This document shows, one piece after another, positions 50,201 through 63,575 of a stretch of DNA of 64,000 nt; position 1 is the first letter of the stretch, and each line of letters starts with the position of its first letter. The translations under genes and the position numbers were made by a program. This DNA comes from Lama glama (lineage: Eukaryota): assembly GCA_028534125.1 (NCBI GenBank), contig CM052818.1, positions 27,654,001 to 27,718,000 of the forward strand, in the 5' to 3' direction. The notes under the pieces were generated by a model. That model worked only from the letters and a program-made list of their open reading frames with translations. It ran no database searches and had not been told where the DNA came from.

Positions 50201-52664
50201 GCCCAATGATGCCTTACAAAGGTTCTCTAAGAGTCTATAAAGAGATTTCTTCGGAACTGTTTAAGTTCTTAAGTGCACAACAACTTTTTGCTTGGACAGT
50301 TACTGAGTAAGGTAAAAACTTTTATAAAGCTTACCCTTTGCTCAATTTGTTTCTAATTCATAATTTTACCTGTTCAGATGGAAACTTCTAGTCATTATAT
50401 ACCTGATGCTTTCATGAAGTTAAGCCCTTTCATATATAAAGAGTCTAATATACAGTCTGTATATTCAAAAATTTACCTGATCTTGCAATGCTTGGCTAAA
50501 ATTTGCAAAATATTTACCTGTGCTTTATTTGGATAATCAATGTCATTAAAAAATATTCCACATCATAAATGTCCTAATTTAAAATAATACTCTTTAATAA
50601 ATTGAAACAAATAATTATAAAAAGGAGATACTTTCTTCTCCAACAGCATAATAATGACCATTGACAGAATTAGTGAGTGACTAATTGCCAAAAGGGAACA
50701 TGAAACAATTATTACGAGACCAGATAATTAATTTATAATGAAAAGGAGTGATACATTTGGCAAAAACTTTTTTAATGCTTTTTGATTTATTTTAAAATAA
50801 TTTTTTTCCAAGTTTATGACTCTATATTTTCCCTTCTCTGTAATGCCCATTTCTTTCAATTCTATAGAAATTATTTTAATCTCAAATAATAAAAAACCTG
50901 TATGCTTATTAATCTGACTCAGGCTTAATGAGAATTAAAGTTTGGGGTTTTCCTGCTGTCAGCAAAGTCCTCCAATTGTCTCAGTTTTGTAAGATTACTG
51001 CCAATATATACAAATTTGCCAGGAATGTTACACTAAATATTAATGGGCATCGAGATTGCTATGCTTGAATTTTTATTCAATGTATTGTTCAGTAACTTTA
51101 TTTTAATCTGCAGTATTATTAAGCTTGGTATTCTAGGTGTAGTGTTGTTAATATATTGCATATTTTCTCTCCTTTCTCCTTTCAATGTACAGATTTTTTT
51201 TCTATTTCATACCTTTTAGGTCAGGCATACATGTTAACTTTCATGTGGTTTAATCCCCTGGGTACTGAATGCATTGCTATTTGGGTACTCACATGCATCC
51301 GACCATCTCGTGGAGTCCAGGTGGAGAAGAGAAATATCTTCATCTGAAGCAAGATGCTAGAAGACAGGAGAATGTTTTAGGTTAGTCAGAGGTTGCAGTA
51401 AAGTTAGGTGAGGAGAATTCTTCTCAAATATTTCTACGTTCTCTGTGGAACATAAGGCAATATTATGACTTATGGTGAAGAGCTGGGAAAGCAAGCTTAA
51501 AAGGGATCATAACACAGATGCCATGGGGAAGGTGAAGGGGGCTGACTAGGGACACGATAAGCGATCATGAGCAATCCTCAAGCCCCTTGACCATGTAGCC
51601 TGCGCAGGTCTGCAATATGGGCAGGATGTCCTTTCGGGATGAATGCTGATAAAGCGGCCTCTGGGCTGCCACAGATTCAATATGCCCAGATATGAGTTTT
51701 AGGGGCTAAAAAGGTGCCATTTTCTCATTTACGCTACTCTATGAAATATATATAGTAAGAGTCTTTTTCTACAAGACTGTAACATCTTTGTTAGTTTTGA
51801 ATTTTAAAATAATGACAAATAAACCATGACATACCAGTGCAATTGAACACTACACATATTAAAAGGAGTAAGATGGGAAGGACCATACATGCTTACATAG
51901 GAGGATTTCATAGAGATATTAAATAAATAAAATTGCAACATGATATGTGTAGTAAGTTTTTTTTGTGTGTGAATAAGTTGTGGTTAAAACATACCCATGG
52001 ACTGTTATTAGTTTGTAGGCATTAGATAGTCTACAGGCTGCAATTGTGGAATTTAGACATGGCTTCATAACAGCATATTCCTTTGTTTCTGAGGCTGAAT
52101 GGCTAACTTTTCTTGAAGTATATATGATAAAGTGGGACACTGCCCACCTTAATGTTATCATCTATCAGCAGGACTCTAGATGGTGTCATCTGATGAAGTA
52201 TAAGGGTGTGGCTTGGAGATTTAAGTCTGGTTAGAGTAGGTCAGAGCTTTACTGGAAAAATCTTTACTATCCCAGAAAATGGAGGAGCTCTCAAATTCTC
52301 ACTAGTAGTGAAACATTGTGAGAGAAGGAGAGAGAGAGAGAGAGACATTATTGAGTATTCTGGGCATAAAAGCTGTGTAGTGGGTTTGGTCTTTGAAGCT
52401 TTTATTTCCAGATATGGTGGGCAATTCATGTCAACACTCTCACTGAACTCAACTCAATAACAGATTTAAAAAATCTGCTTAAAGGTACTGAAAAACAAAC
52501 AAACAAGCAAAAAATCTAATGATAAATGATCAAACCAGAATCCTGAGGGGGACAGAAGCATAGGGAAGATAACCTGGCATTGCGGATGCTTTATCCTGCG
52601 GGGTAATGCACTGATTATTGAGAAGGCAGACAGATCAAGAGGCTTACTAGCCCTCTTGAAAATA

Positions 52665-52755
52665 CCCATATAAATACAGGATGCCCAGGGAAATTTGAAT
52701 TTCAGATAAATGAGGAGCAATTTTTCAGTATAATCATGTCCTGTGCAATATTTGG
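52665..52755 (+). mobile_element. MER53-like hAT MITE fragment
   Basis: TAAATACAGGATGCCCAGGGAAATTTGAATTTCAGATAAA...TTTTTCAGTATAA.CATGTCC matches the recalled MER53 half. Confidence 0.75.
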
Positions 52756-53054
52756 TTTAAGGTGAATGAAGAGGAAAAGCTAATATCCACAGGAGGTCAG
52801 CCCATATGGGTGTTCAACAATGAACTATTGATAGGCTTTATTGCCATGTGAGGTTTTAATTTATGGTGGACTAATACTTTCATACCAATAGTTTTTTATG
52901 ACCACTGCTGCTTTTGTTCTTCTTTCCTAGTATGAAAGGAAAGATGCAGTTGAAAAATTTGAAAAAAGGATGGCTGAATTTGGCAGAAAAGAGAGGAGGA
53001 ACTGAGATAAAATGGATGTTTAGTGAGTTGCTTTTTTCCTGTGTTACATTCCCC

Positions 53055-53058
<4 letters not shown>

Positions 53059-53094
<36 letters not shown>
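53059..53094. repeat. (CA)18 microsatellite
   Basis: Perfect dinucleotide run seen directly. Confidence 0.97.
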
Positions 53095-53096
<2 letters not shown>

Positions 53097-53627
53097 GGGA
53101 GAAGAAAGAGAAGAAAATCAGATTTTCCTTTGAGAAGATTTAAAGATCTAAGCATAGGGGAATCTGTATAGTTCTTCAAGTGGGAAGCTAGTGGAAGTAC
53201 TCACAGACCAACCACAAGGTAGAGTGAACAGAAGAAATGGCTGGATGGCATGTGGAGATGGGAGAAGGAGGAGATAGCAGAGCACTTCCTCTGCATTCTG
53301 AAAGGAGTAGAGAGAGCCAAACTGCCGGAGCCGGCTGTAAAAGTAGTGGAGAGGCAGGTCCAAGTATTTGAAGAAGTGCAAATTGAGGAGAAATCCCAAC
53401 CTACAGCAGTGGTAAGAAGTAGACAGCCCACGTACAGTCAGCATACATGGTGGAAATCTCTAGGAATCGCTCCTCCAGACAACACCAGCTGGGCTAAAAG
53501 CTGAGGAAGTTCTAGGATGTGGGAACAGATGGGAAGGGTGTATATGTAGAGTCATAACAATGACCTAACAATGGCCCAAGTTGCTTAACAATGATTCCAA
53601 GTCAAACAATGACCTCTCTTTTCCTAC

Positions 53628-54131
53628 TGGGATGGTTAACTTTATGTGTGAATTTGACTTTGCTAAAGGTTGCCCAGACAGCTGGTAAAACATTATTTCT
53701 GAGTGAGTCTGTGAAGGTATTTCTGGAGGAGATTAATATTTGAATTGGTAAAACAGATAGTCCTTCCCCATATGGATAGGCATCATCCAATCTGCTGAGG
53801 CCCTGAATAGAACAAAAAGATGGAGGAAAGGTGGCTTTAGTTTCTCTGCTTGAGCTGAAACATCTATTTTCTCCTTCCTGGTTTTTGGACTTCTGGATTC
53901 AGATCAAGAGCAACATCAGTATACCCCTACCCACCACCCCTTGCCCAGTTCTTAGGCTTTTAGACTTCGACTGAATCATACCACTAATTTTCCTAATTCT
54001 CCAGCTTGCAGACAGCAGATCTATGACTCTTTGGCCTCATAACTGCTTGAGCCAATTCCTATAATAAATATTCTCTTATCTCTTTTTGTAGCTTATTGGT
54101 TCTATTTCTCTGGAGAGGTCTGACTAATCCA
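53628..54131 (+). mobile_element. MLT2B/D-like ERVL solo LTR
   Basis: TGGGATGGTTAACTTTATGTGTGAATTTGACT...TATTGGTTCTATTTCTCTGGAGAG..CTGACTAATCCA with TSD CCTAC/CTTAC (4/5 match). Confidence 0.88.
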
Positions 54132-55788
54132 CTTACTAACCCTACTGGGAAGTAGGCTAGCAAACCCATAAGAATACAGACAAGTTAGACAGCAAGTAGA
54201 TACAGAGAAAAACCTAGGAATTTATGGTAAGCTAAGATATGATTGTATCATAAAACTAAATCTGTCAAGAAATCATTGTGTTGGGTTGAGAGACACTGAA
54301 ATTGATTGGAGTAAAATGTTCACATTATATAGCTGGGATTTCAGAGACAGGTATAAATTGATTATAGAAATGAAGAGAATTTGCTTAGAATCTTGACTAT
54401 AAATCTTATACTTGTGATATCAGGCTATACACAGAAAGAACCTGAAGAAAGATCGAATCAAATTACTCATGGTGATTTGGGACTGGAGTGATGTGGAGTG
54501 GAATGGAGATATGGGATTATAGCAATACTCCCTTAGTACATTGTATATTTCTCAAATGTTTCAATTTTGAACCAAAGGAATAGTTTCATTGGAGCAAGAA
54601 ATAGATCCTTCCAAACACAAGAAAGATTAACATTAACATGGGGAAATGGACTGAGCATATATAATCATGACCTTCCTCTTACTGGCGCACTGAACTACTA
54701 GGCAAAGCATAGCATAGAACTGGAAAACCTGGGGGAGATCCCAGTTGCTACATCTAAGACCTCAGATTCATTGATGAGAAGATGTACCTTCAGGGCACTG
54801 CTGTTGTAAATGCTGAGCAAAGACCCAATCATTACAATGTGGCTCTGCCTCTTTGGAAAAGCCCATGATGAGGCTCTGATTCGTGGCTAGGGTGGAACAT
54901 CTGAGTTAACACAGGGAAAAGAATGACCTGTCATCTTGCTTCATGAATCCCTGGAAGAAATAATTTTCCTGCTCACTTTAGCTGTCTGAGAGAAATATCC
55001 AGGTAGAGTAGAACTACCACTTCCTCATTTAGCTGGGAGAGGATGGTTCTCTACACTGGAGAAGCCTCCTGGCTAAGCCTCCGTGAAGAGGACTTAATTT
55101 AGTCCTGTCACTTCCCATCTGCTGGTGGAGAAAATCTTATCATATTTTTCACTACTGGATCGTCCATTACTGCTGAAGAGCTGAGGTGACAACTCACACT
55201 GAGGAGGCTCTCTCTGACAGGAACAGGCAAAGGAAGCTCAAGAAGGAGGCAAAGCTGAAAAAAGGAAACAGGTGGCTCTGTTGGAGAGGTTGCACCATTA
55301 AAGGTGAAAAACAGAATCCATGCTGCTGAAAACAGAGTTTGTGGTCAGAAGGTTAAATAGAGGAACAAGATTTCAACACAAAGGAGAAACACTAAAAAAT
55401 GTAATTCACGACTGAAAATATGAGACATGCAGGAGAGTCCCAGGGGAAGTAATATGCAAATAATCAGCACTCCAGTAGCAAAAGGAGCAGATGGAGGTGG
55501 AATCAATAATCAAAGCAATAATCTTCAGCTCCCTGATCTGAAGAAAGATCAAAAGGGCTTATCACATGTCAGGTAGAAGTGATGGAAAAGGCATACTTCT
55601 GGATATATCTTTGTAAAATTTCTGGCCTCTGTGGAAAGAGAAAAAATATATACATTTTTCAGACAAATAAAAAAGTTCAAATTAATGAAAAAGAATGGTT
55701 CACTTTGACTTCTTATGTATGACAGTAGAAGCTAGTGGAACAATGGTTATAAGCTTTTAAGAGAGAAGGCACTGTTGTATAAAAATCC

Positions 55789-55861
55789 ATGTATGACTGA
55801 AGAATTGTGCTGTATACCAGAGATTGACACAACATTTTAAACTGACTATACCTCAATTAAA
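55789..55861 (+). mobile_element. Very short young L1 3' tail (about 73 bp)
   Basis: ATGTATGACTGAAGAATTGTGCTGTATACCAGAGATTGACACAACATT.TAAACTGACTATACCTCAATTAAA, homologous to 16085-16160. TSD AAAAATCC at 55781-55788 and 55862-55869. Confidence 0.85.
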
Positions 55862-56820
55862 AAAAATCCTACTCCTGGAGATATTATTCGTATGATGAAA
55901 GAAGAAGACATTTTGTGATATGTAGGAACTCAAAGTATTCTACTCATGTTCTCATTCAAAATTACTCAAGGATGTACTCAGCATAAATGACAGTAAATTT
56001 GAATACAAATCTAAAGCAAATGGAAAATAAAAAAATACAATAAATAGTAGCGAGCAGTGAATCTAGCAAAATATGTAGGTGTTGTCAAGTGGATGAGGAT
56101 AAAGTGATTGCAAAACGTAATCACTGTTGAATAAGTATACTAAGAAGAGAAGAGGCATGCTCTAAGGAAAAAGTGAAAAATAACATGGAATTGCATTTCT
56201 AAAGTACATACTCAGAAAAATCTAGGATTTGGCAATGGTATGAATGAGTGAGAGAGTAAAATATTTTTATGGTCCTGCCACTGTGGCAATGGTAAAAGTA
56301 CTATTACTTTTAATAAAAGAGCAGAGAAATATGGGTTTTAATATGACTGCTTAAAATACAGGCTGATAAACTATTCAAGCAATAGAAAAACATATTATTA
56401 TTGCCAAATTATTGGTAGGGGGCAATTGAAATGCAAAACAAGATAAACTGAGCACAAAAACAACTTGTTCAAGCCAGTGGAAGTACAAAAACATAAGTAA
56501 AGAGTATAATGAAGAAATTAACATAAAATTAGATGGGAATGAGAACAAACACATGACTTTTCGCAATAAATGCAAATAGACTGAGTTCTCCAATTAAAAG
56601 ACAAAGTCCAGCTATATACTTTTTATAAGAAATGTAACTGAAATAAAAAAAAAGTGTTTTATAAATACAAAGAAGGGCAAAGATAAAGTAAGTGCAAAGA
56701 ATAAGGGGTGGTTATAATATCAGAAAGTGGGGAATTTCAGGCAAAAATAAATCAGTAAATGTATCAGAAAATATTATGTAATAATATATATTTTTTAAAG
56801 CAGCAAAACTACCTGGTAAA

Positions 56821-57560
56821 TGTATCAGAAAGGGTCCAGTCAGGAGATAATAATCACACTATAATTTAAATGTGGAAGTTAAATGTAAGAAAATTTTAAC
56901 TAATAACAAGGAATTAGCTACTAAGAAATAAAGTGAGCACTAAAGAATGCAAGAAGGGCAGAGTAGAGGGAACCCCCTAGGGCTGAGACTGGTTACCTAA
57001 AAAATGAACACATTTGGGACCACTCCCTTCTCTCTCTGCATCCCTCACCTCAGGCTGAGATTTAGATGTCATTGGAGAAGGTATGACTACAGCCCTTAGA
57101 TGGTGAAGTTCACCAAGATACTGCAGATTGCAGCTGGCAAGCAGGAACAGCCAGCTAGAATAGTAACAAAAGTTTCCAGGAGGCTGCCCAGGTGGTGCTG
57201 TTGAAATTCACTTAAAAGCTATTTAGGGTGCCAGTAAAACTGACATGGAAGCTAGCTGGGGTGCTTGTGGAACTCTCCAGAAAGCTACCCATAAGAGAAC
57301 TGCTAAAATTTGCTGAGGACCAGTTCCACTGGGAGTCCTGCATGCCGGCCAACTGCCAGAGGAGAAAGAAGAAAAGGGCAGCTCACTGGAACCAGAAAGA
57401 GAAGTCCCTTTCTCCCACAACGTCCCTCCACCGCCCCCTACTGACAAAGGCTAATATTGGCCACGTGCCAAAGAAGAAATGTTTATAGGACCCAGCTCCA
57501 GTATCACAAGTAGGGCAGTGAAGGGCAGATTTACAACTGACAATAATTTGATAACTGGCA
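56821..57560 (-). mobile_element. Old ERVL-type LTR inserted in L1
   Basis: TGTATCAGAAAGGGTCCAGTCAGGAGA...TTGATAACTGGCA, a GC-richer block interrupting A-rich L1. Confidence 0.6.
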
Positions 57561-59312
57561 GAGTATTCAAGGAGAACTCGATTAAAAAGAATTGAAACCG
57601 TCGTACTTTAATATCCCTCTTTCAGAGTGATAGATTACATTAAAACATGATCCAATTAAAAAGATTTCATACAGAAAATGTGAACATTACAACATAATTA
57701 TTATGTACTTGACAACAAAAATAAACCTTAAATTCCAAAATGTAGCCATTTAGAGGTCCTATTATTTGGGTACAAAACAAAACAAAACAAAAAAACAAAA
57801 ACAATACCTCAAAAATGAGGTCACTGAAATTAAGTCTTAAAACAATTTCAATTGAAATCAAGAAAGCTTTTAAGTTTTTGGATCAATTTGAAAAACAAAA
57901 GTTAAATTATATCTAGAAGTTGATAGTAATAAGAACACTAATTATCAAAATCTATGAGATATAGCATAAATTAAAAAATGTATAATCTAGACGCTTTTAT
58001 TTTTAGCAAAAGAGAACATACATGTTTAAGTGTTCAACTTAAGAAAAAAAACAATAAAATAATAAAATATATAATGTTAAATCTAAAATAAAGGATTAAA
58101 AACAAAATAATACAAACTAGAGTGAAACACTAAATAAAAGCAAATGCAAATAGAGAAATAAGTGATTTTTAGCAATCTATAAAATAAAAAATTTATACAG
58201 GAAGGGATTAAGTATTTGAGCAGACCAATTTTTGCACTGTATGTATGTAAAAGATTATTAACAATCTAACACTAAAATATATAAGGTTTGGCTGGTTTTT
58301 ACAGTTAAGTTCTAATTAACCTTCAAGAAACAGAGATTTTCTATATAACCAGATTTTTTCAGAGAATGGAATAAAAACAGCTTTAAAAACTCATTTTATA
58401 GAGTGAACACAATACCTCATACAAAAACTTGAAAGGATGGTACAATATTTTGTCTAGGTCACCTATGAATACAGACATAAATATCCCAACTATAAATAGA
58501 ATTGCAGCAGTGTTTTAAAATAATAATAATAATATTTTGTGGCCAAATGATTTACTCCAGAGATGCAAGATTGTTTCAAAATTAAGATCTAGCTATATGA
58601 TTTGTAATATTAATTATAGGGAAAAACCTCTCAGTGTCAATAGATTCTGTGAAATACTTTGATTAAAATAATTCACTTAAAGTAAAAAGAGGGGAATAAA
58701 AATGGTAAAAATTTATTTTCTAAAAAAATCATGATGAATGATAAAATAGTACAGTCATTGATCTTAAAATCAAATATAAGGGAGGGATGCTTCCTACAGA
58801 TCACTATTTAAAATTTTATTTTGTACTTTTAGTTCATATAACATAACAAGAGAGTGAGTAAGTGGTATCAATATTTGAAAACAAGAAATAAAATTACCAT
58901 GTTTTTCATATGATTTGTTTGTATAAACTTAGAAAATTCCATGAGCCAGAAAACAAGACTCAAAAATAATAAGTTGTATATAGTAAGTTACCTGGATATA
59001 CGATAAAGATACAATTTAATGACTTTTTTTCATAGTAACAAAAACCTGTTAGAACGGAAATTTTAAAAATATGCTAATCTCAATAGCAGCATTAATCATA
59101 AACTCCCTAGGAATAAATTAACAAACAAGAATGTTGGAAAAAAACTATTTAAAGGAAAACATTCATTGAAGGACAAATAAAGAGTGATGGTGTTCCTGAG
59201 GGGAAGATTTACTAACAAGCATATAAATCCTTCCCTAATTAGTATATACAATTAACATGTTTCCAATAATAGTCCCAATGGTATTTTCTATGCTCAATTC
59301 TAACAGTTCCTT

Positions 59313-59770
59313 TGTATATCATTAGCTTCCTGGCAGAAAGCAGATGGCACATTTAAATGGAGAAATTGAGGAAATGAAGAGATGATTTACAAAGGTTTTG
59401 GTAGGGTGAATTGGAAACCACAGGAGACGACGAAGCCCCCTGGACTCATTTTACCCTCCTCAGTTCTAAACAAATGGGAAAAGGGAGGGAGTAAAGAACA
59501 GAGAGTACCAACTCTAGCCATAGGAGAGACCACCTAATGAGAACTATGGCCCACTGGAAGGAAGCTACTGAGGACTGGTAGTCCTGTTGTGAAGGAGCGG
59601 AGTGAACAAATGCTGTATCTGTCCTTCAGTCTCTTGTTGGCACTTCTCATTGGCCAAGCTCAAATGGAAACAAGAGACAAGAGATTCAGAGTAAAGCAGT
59701 CCACTTATGCCAGCCTCCCAAAATACAGAAGAAAGTTAAACAGGAGATACAAATACAGACATCCCACACT
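59313..59770 (-). mobile_element. LTR33/41-like ERVL LTR inserted in L1
   Basis: TTCCTGGCAGAAAGCAGATGGCACATTTAAA...CTTCTCATTGGCCAAGCTCAAATGGAA...CAGCCTCCC. Confidence 0.6.
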
Positions 59771-60702
59771 ATATAAAAAGAATCATGTATAATGCCGCTA
59801 AGAAAACGTTGAAAACTACATGTAATAGAAGAGGACTTATCCTATCCCAGGTCTTAAAATTTTCAATAAATGTACTGATTGAGGAAAGGAATAAGTAAGC
59901 AAAGCAACAGACTGGAACAGAGAGCCCAAGATAAGCTTGAGCATACATGGAAATTAAGCATATATTAGAGATTCTATTCCATTATGTAGAGGAAAGAATG
60001 GCTTATTTGGTTAAAGTTTTTAACAATTTAACCATTGATTTGGAAGAAAATAAAGCCTATATTCAACTCATACAATGCAAAAATAAATTACAGATGACTA
60101 AAAAAGCTAACTAGGAAAATAAAATATAATGTATCTGAAGAAACTATAGTAGACTATTTTTTATAACTTTTGTTTTGATTGCATTTCCTAAATAAGACAG
60201 GATGCATCAAAAGAAAAGTGTAATGGATTTGTTCAGATAAAAACAAAGTTTGGATCACAAGAAATAAACACTACAAAGACATATGACAGCAAGAACATAT
60301 CTGCAACAAAATAAATACATATAGGATAAATTCCTATAAAATAAATAAAACTATTCCCTAAAAATAAGTAAAACACATACCATCAAACAGAGATATGGGC
60401 AAATTATAGGTACAGGCAATTTGAGAAGGGGAAATACAAATAATAAGCATAAGAAGATATGTTAAACCCAACTAATAGAAAAATTAAACACTTGAAAGTA
60501 TCATCATCAGAATGGAAAACTTTGAAAATATTAATAACATCTAGTGATGATGAAGATGTTGGTAGGAGTGAAACTATTACACTTTTTCAGAAATTACTTC
60601 TCAAGTATCTATTAATTTTAAAATGTGAATATAGTTTGTCCCATAATTCCACTTAGAAGCATATCCTGTAGGAATAAAATCATTAAGTGATGAAGACTAT
60701 CT

Positions 60703-60748
60703 CTTCTTTCCTTCCTTCCTCCTTTCCTCCCTTCCTTCCTTCCTTCCC
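60703..60748. repeat. (CCTT)n-like pyrimidine tract
   Basis: Seen directly in the sequence. Confidence 0.9.
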
Positions 60749-60809
60749 ATTAACAATTTTTAAAAAAGAAACATGCATTTAACATGGTTAGTTAAATGTC
60801 CTTCAGCAA

Positions 60810-61140
60810 TGGAAGGGTGTATGACAGAAACTCAGTGCTCTCAAAGATCCATATTCTCTTCTACATTTCCCAAACTCCTTCTCCTTAGCTTGGGAACATC
60901 TGATTACCTCTGGCCAATGACTGTGAGCAAAAGGCAGGACTGTGGAGGCAGTCGGGAGGGGTGTGATTCCTCCCGCCCTTCTCTTCCTCTGCCACGTGAC
61001 CCTTGGAGACCACTGTCCCAGATGGCATAGTCACAATATGGAAAAGGGCTGCCTGACGGAGCCATGTTGGATTTACACCATCAAGAAATAAGCATTATTG
61101 TGTTGTGCATCTGAAATTTTGAAGTTTATTTGCTATAATA
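60810..61140 (+). mobile_element. MLT1I/J-like MaLR LTR
   Basis: TCTGGCCAATGACTGTGAGCA...CCTTGGAGACCACTGTCCCAGATGG...AGAAATAAGCATTATTGTGTT...TTTATTTGCTATA. Confidence 0.65.
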
Positions 61141-61149
61141 AATATTTGT

Positions 61150-61350
61150 AGTTTTTTCTCTGCAATCTTCAACTGATTGAATGAGTCCCACCCACAATAT
61201 CAAGAATAATTGCCTTTACGTAAACTCAACTGATTATACATGTTAACACATCTATAAAATACTTTCACAGTGACATCTTGATTAGCGTTTGATTAAACAA
61301 CTGTGAACTATAGCCTAGCTAAGTTGACATAGAAAATGAACCATCATAGA
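61150..61350 (-). mobile_element. MLT2-type ERVL LTR 5' part
   Basis: CTTCAACTGATTGAATGAGTCCCACCCACA...TAGCCTAGCTAAGTTGACATAGAAAATGAACCATCA. Confidence 0.8.
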
Positions 61351-61419
61351 GATCTATGTGTACTGACTTAGAAAAACATGTTGTTAAGTGGAAAGAGAAA
61401 ACTGCCAACAAATTGTACA

Positions 61420-61950
61420 TAATATGGGGCAGGTACTTTGGGATTGCTTGTTTAAGTTCTATTCTAACTTTCTCCTAGCATGCCTCTGTGCACTCTGAGA
61501 CTGGAAAGGTGGAAACTGTACTTCCCAAGCTCACGAGAAGCTTGGGTTCCAGACGAGGCAAGGCTCTCCTGGGCTGACATAATGAGATAAGGAAGAGCAA
61601 GGTGAGACACGGGTGCAGGTATGTGAGAATGTTAACTCCTCTCTAATGTGTGATGTTGGGGACATCTGACTCTTCTGGGGTGGCTCTGGCATAGGTTCAA
61701 GTATCAGATCCCAGTGTTCTGGTTACCCAGTTGTGTAGCCTCAGCGCCAGATTTTTTGCTAGAATAGTCTGTGGTGTAGATGAACCTTTCTCCTGGCTCC
61801 TTTTATTTTGAGCTGCATATAATACAAATCTGTCTCTGTGGCTTTCCCAAGAATTCTGTACAGTACTTAATGCTCTCTAATAAATCCCTTTCTGCTTAAA
61901 CAAGCTATATTTGACACTGTTTTCAGTTACTAAGAATCTTAGCCAATAAT
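61420..61950 (+). mobile_element. Old ERVL-type LTR remnant
   Basis: 3' end CTCTAATAAATCCCTTTCTGCTTAAACAAGCTA...TTACTAAGAATCTTAGCCAATA is typical of ERVL LTRs. Confidence 0.6.
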
Positions 61951-63479
61951 GTATGATCTATTACTGTAAAAAGAAATAGCCCTTTCTGTTTTATTTTCAG
62001 TATGAAGATACGTAAAATTTCAGATATGCCCAAGTAAACATTAAACAAATGGGAAACATAGAGGTTAAACTATTATACACATAGCATGAAGTAGAAGAGG
62101 GAGGGAAAATAATTTTTATATCGATCAGAGTCCAAATCAGTCTGGAAAAATTCAAACCACTCAAGACTAGAAATGCCACAACCTTCAGGATTCATTGCTG
62201 TTTACAATAAACATTTCCTTTTGGCTTGTTACATTGAGTTGGGATTTCCAATAATTGTAAAAGTAAATTTTATAAATTTATACTGATAAATTGTTGAGTG
62301 AACAAAATTCTGGAACAAAATTTCATTCAAAATTCTGGAAGGTTATGTCAAATGCAACCCATCTAAAGCCAGCTTATATGAATACAATTACTTACATTTG
62401 TTTAAGTTACTATTAACATCCTATAGGAATTCAAAGTTCATCTTTCATTAAATGTCACAACTTTAATTAAAACATATCTATGCTAAAATAAAAAATTCTT
62501 ATAAGATTTCATTGCTCTAGTTTTAATTTGTTATATTTGGTTCTCTATATCAGATTTGTTACCAGTTATTTGGTTAATGCGATCTGACATCTACTTATAT
62601 ATACTAATAAATTTTTAAAGCCCTGAAAAACTGTCATAGTCCCATGAAGTTAAAGAAATGGTTACTGAATGGGGCCCTCTCCTCATTGTTTCCCAAAGGC
62701 AAGCCTGTAGTGGGCAGTTAATACTTTATTTGCTAAGCACCCTACCTGCTATCTTACTGAGAACGTCCCCAGGAGTGGAACTGGCAGCTGCTGAGGTCTT
62801 GCACAATCTAGGTCCTCCCCTCCTCTTGGATTTTTTTTTCCTGGTAAATGAGTATGCTTATGACTTCCGCTGAGCCTGGGGATTTTTGAAGTTGGAACTA
62901 GAGAAAGTAGGGGTCAATTCTCCCTCTGCTGATGAAGCTGTAAGGGTCTTACCAAGTTCATCATCAGTATGGATAATGAGGCTGATGTGCAGAGAAGATA
63001 ACAAGGGGTGATGAGTGAGAATCCTGACGACATCTTTGGTTACTCGAGCCTGATTGCTTAATATGCAATTGAAATGTGAGTTTCAGTCACTTACGAGGGG
63101 AGATACAGGTAATGGAATCTCCTATAAAGCTTCATTTTTCTTGAGATGAGTTTGGTAGAAAACAGAATGGCTTATCTTGCAGGGTTTAGTAATAGTTGCC
63201 TAGTAGCACTAAATTATGAGTGCTGCTGGTTTAAAGTGCTGAGTGCTTTTGGAGGCATGTTATCCACAGGTTCGTGAAAGAAGGGTTTGCACTCGACGGC
63301 CCAGTTTCAATGGCCCCTAGATGGAAGTTCTCCTCCCACTGTCCTTCGGGACTTTCAGACATTCTAGATTGCTACTTTCCTCCTTCACTGCTGCCCTACC
63401 AATTCTCCCGCACCCTCCTCCTAACCCCTATCCTATCGGTTTGGGGAAGCAGAAGCCCTTCTGAAGCATTAAGGAGCTG

Positions 63480-63575
63480 CATGACCATGAACTAGCAGCC
63501 TCATTCCATTCAGGACCAAGTTTCCTAATGGACAAAATGGAAGCGGTTGACAAGGTCACTTCTAATATTCCCCTT
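63480..63575 (+). mobile_element. MIR3/MIR remnant
   Basis: GACCAAGTTTCCTAATGGACAAAATGGAAGCGGTTGAC. Confidence 0.5.

Larger units (their letters stand above)
55330..60700 (+). mobile_element. Long, highly decayed L1M/L1ME (ORF1 to ORF2 remnants) with nested insertions
   Basis: A-rich sense L1 pattern in the expected order: CTCCAATTAAAAGACAAA; ATCAAAATCTATGAGAT; ATTTACTCCAGAGATGCAAGATTGTTTCAA; CTAGGAATAAATTAACAAA; GACTGGAACAGAGAGCCCA; ATAATTCCACTT. Confidence 0.75.

Noticed and set aside
63310..63328. CTCF-like motif GGCCCCTAGATGGAAG (similar ones at about 16500 and 52172)
   Set aside because: Two or more mismatches at core positions, a level expected by chance in 64 kb.
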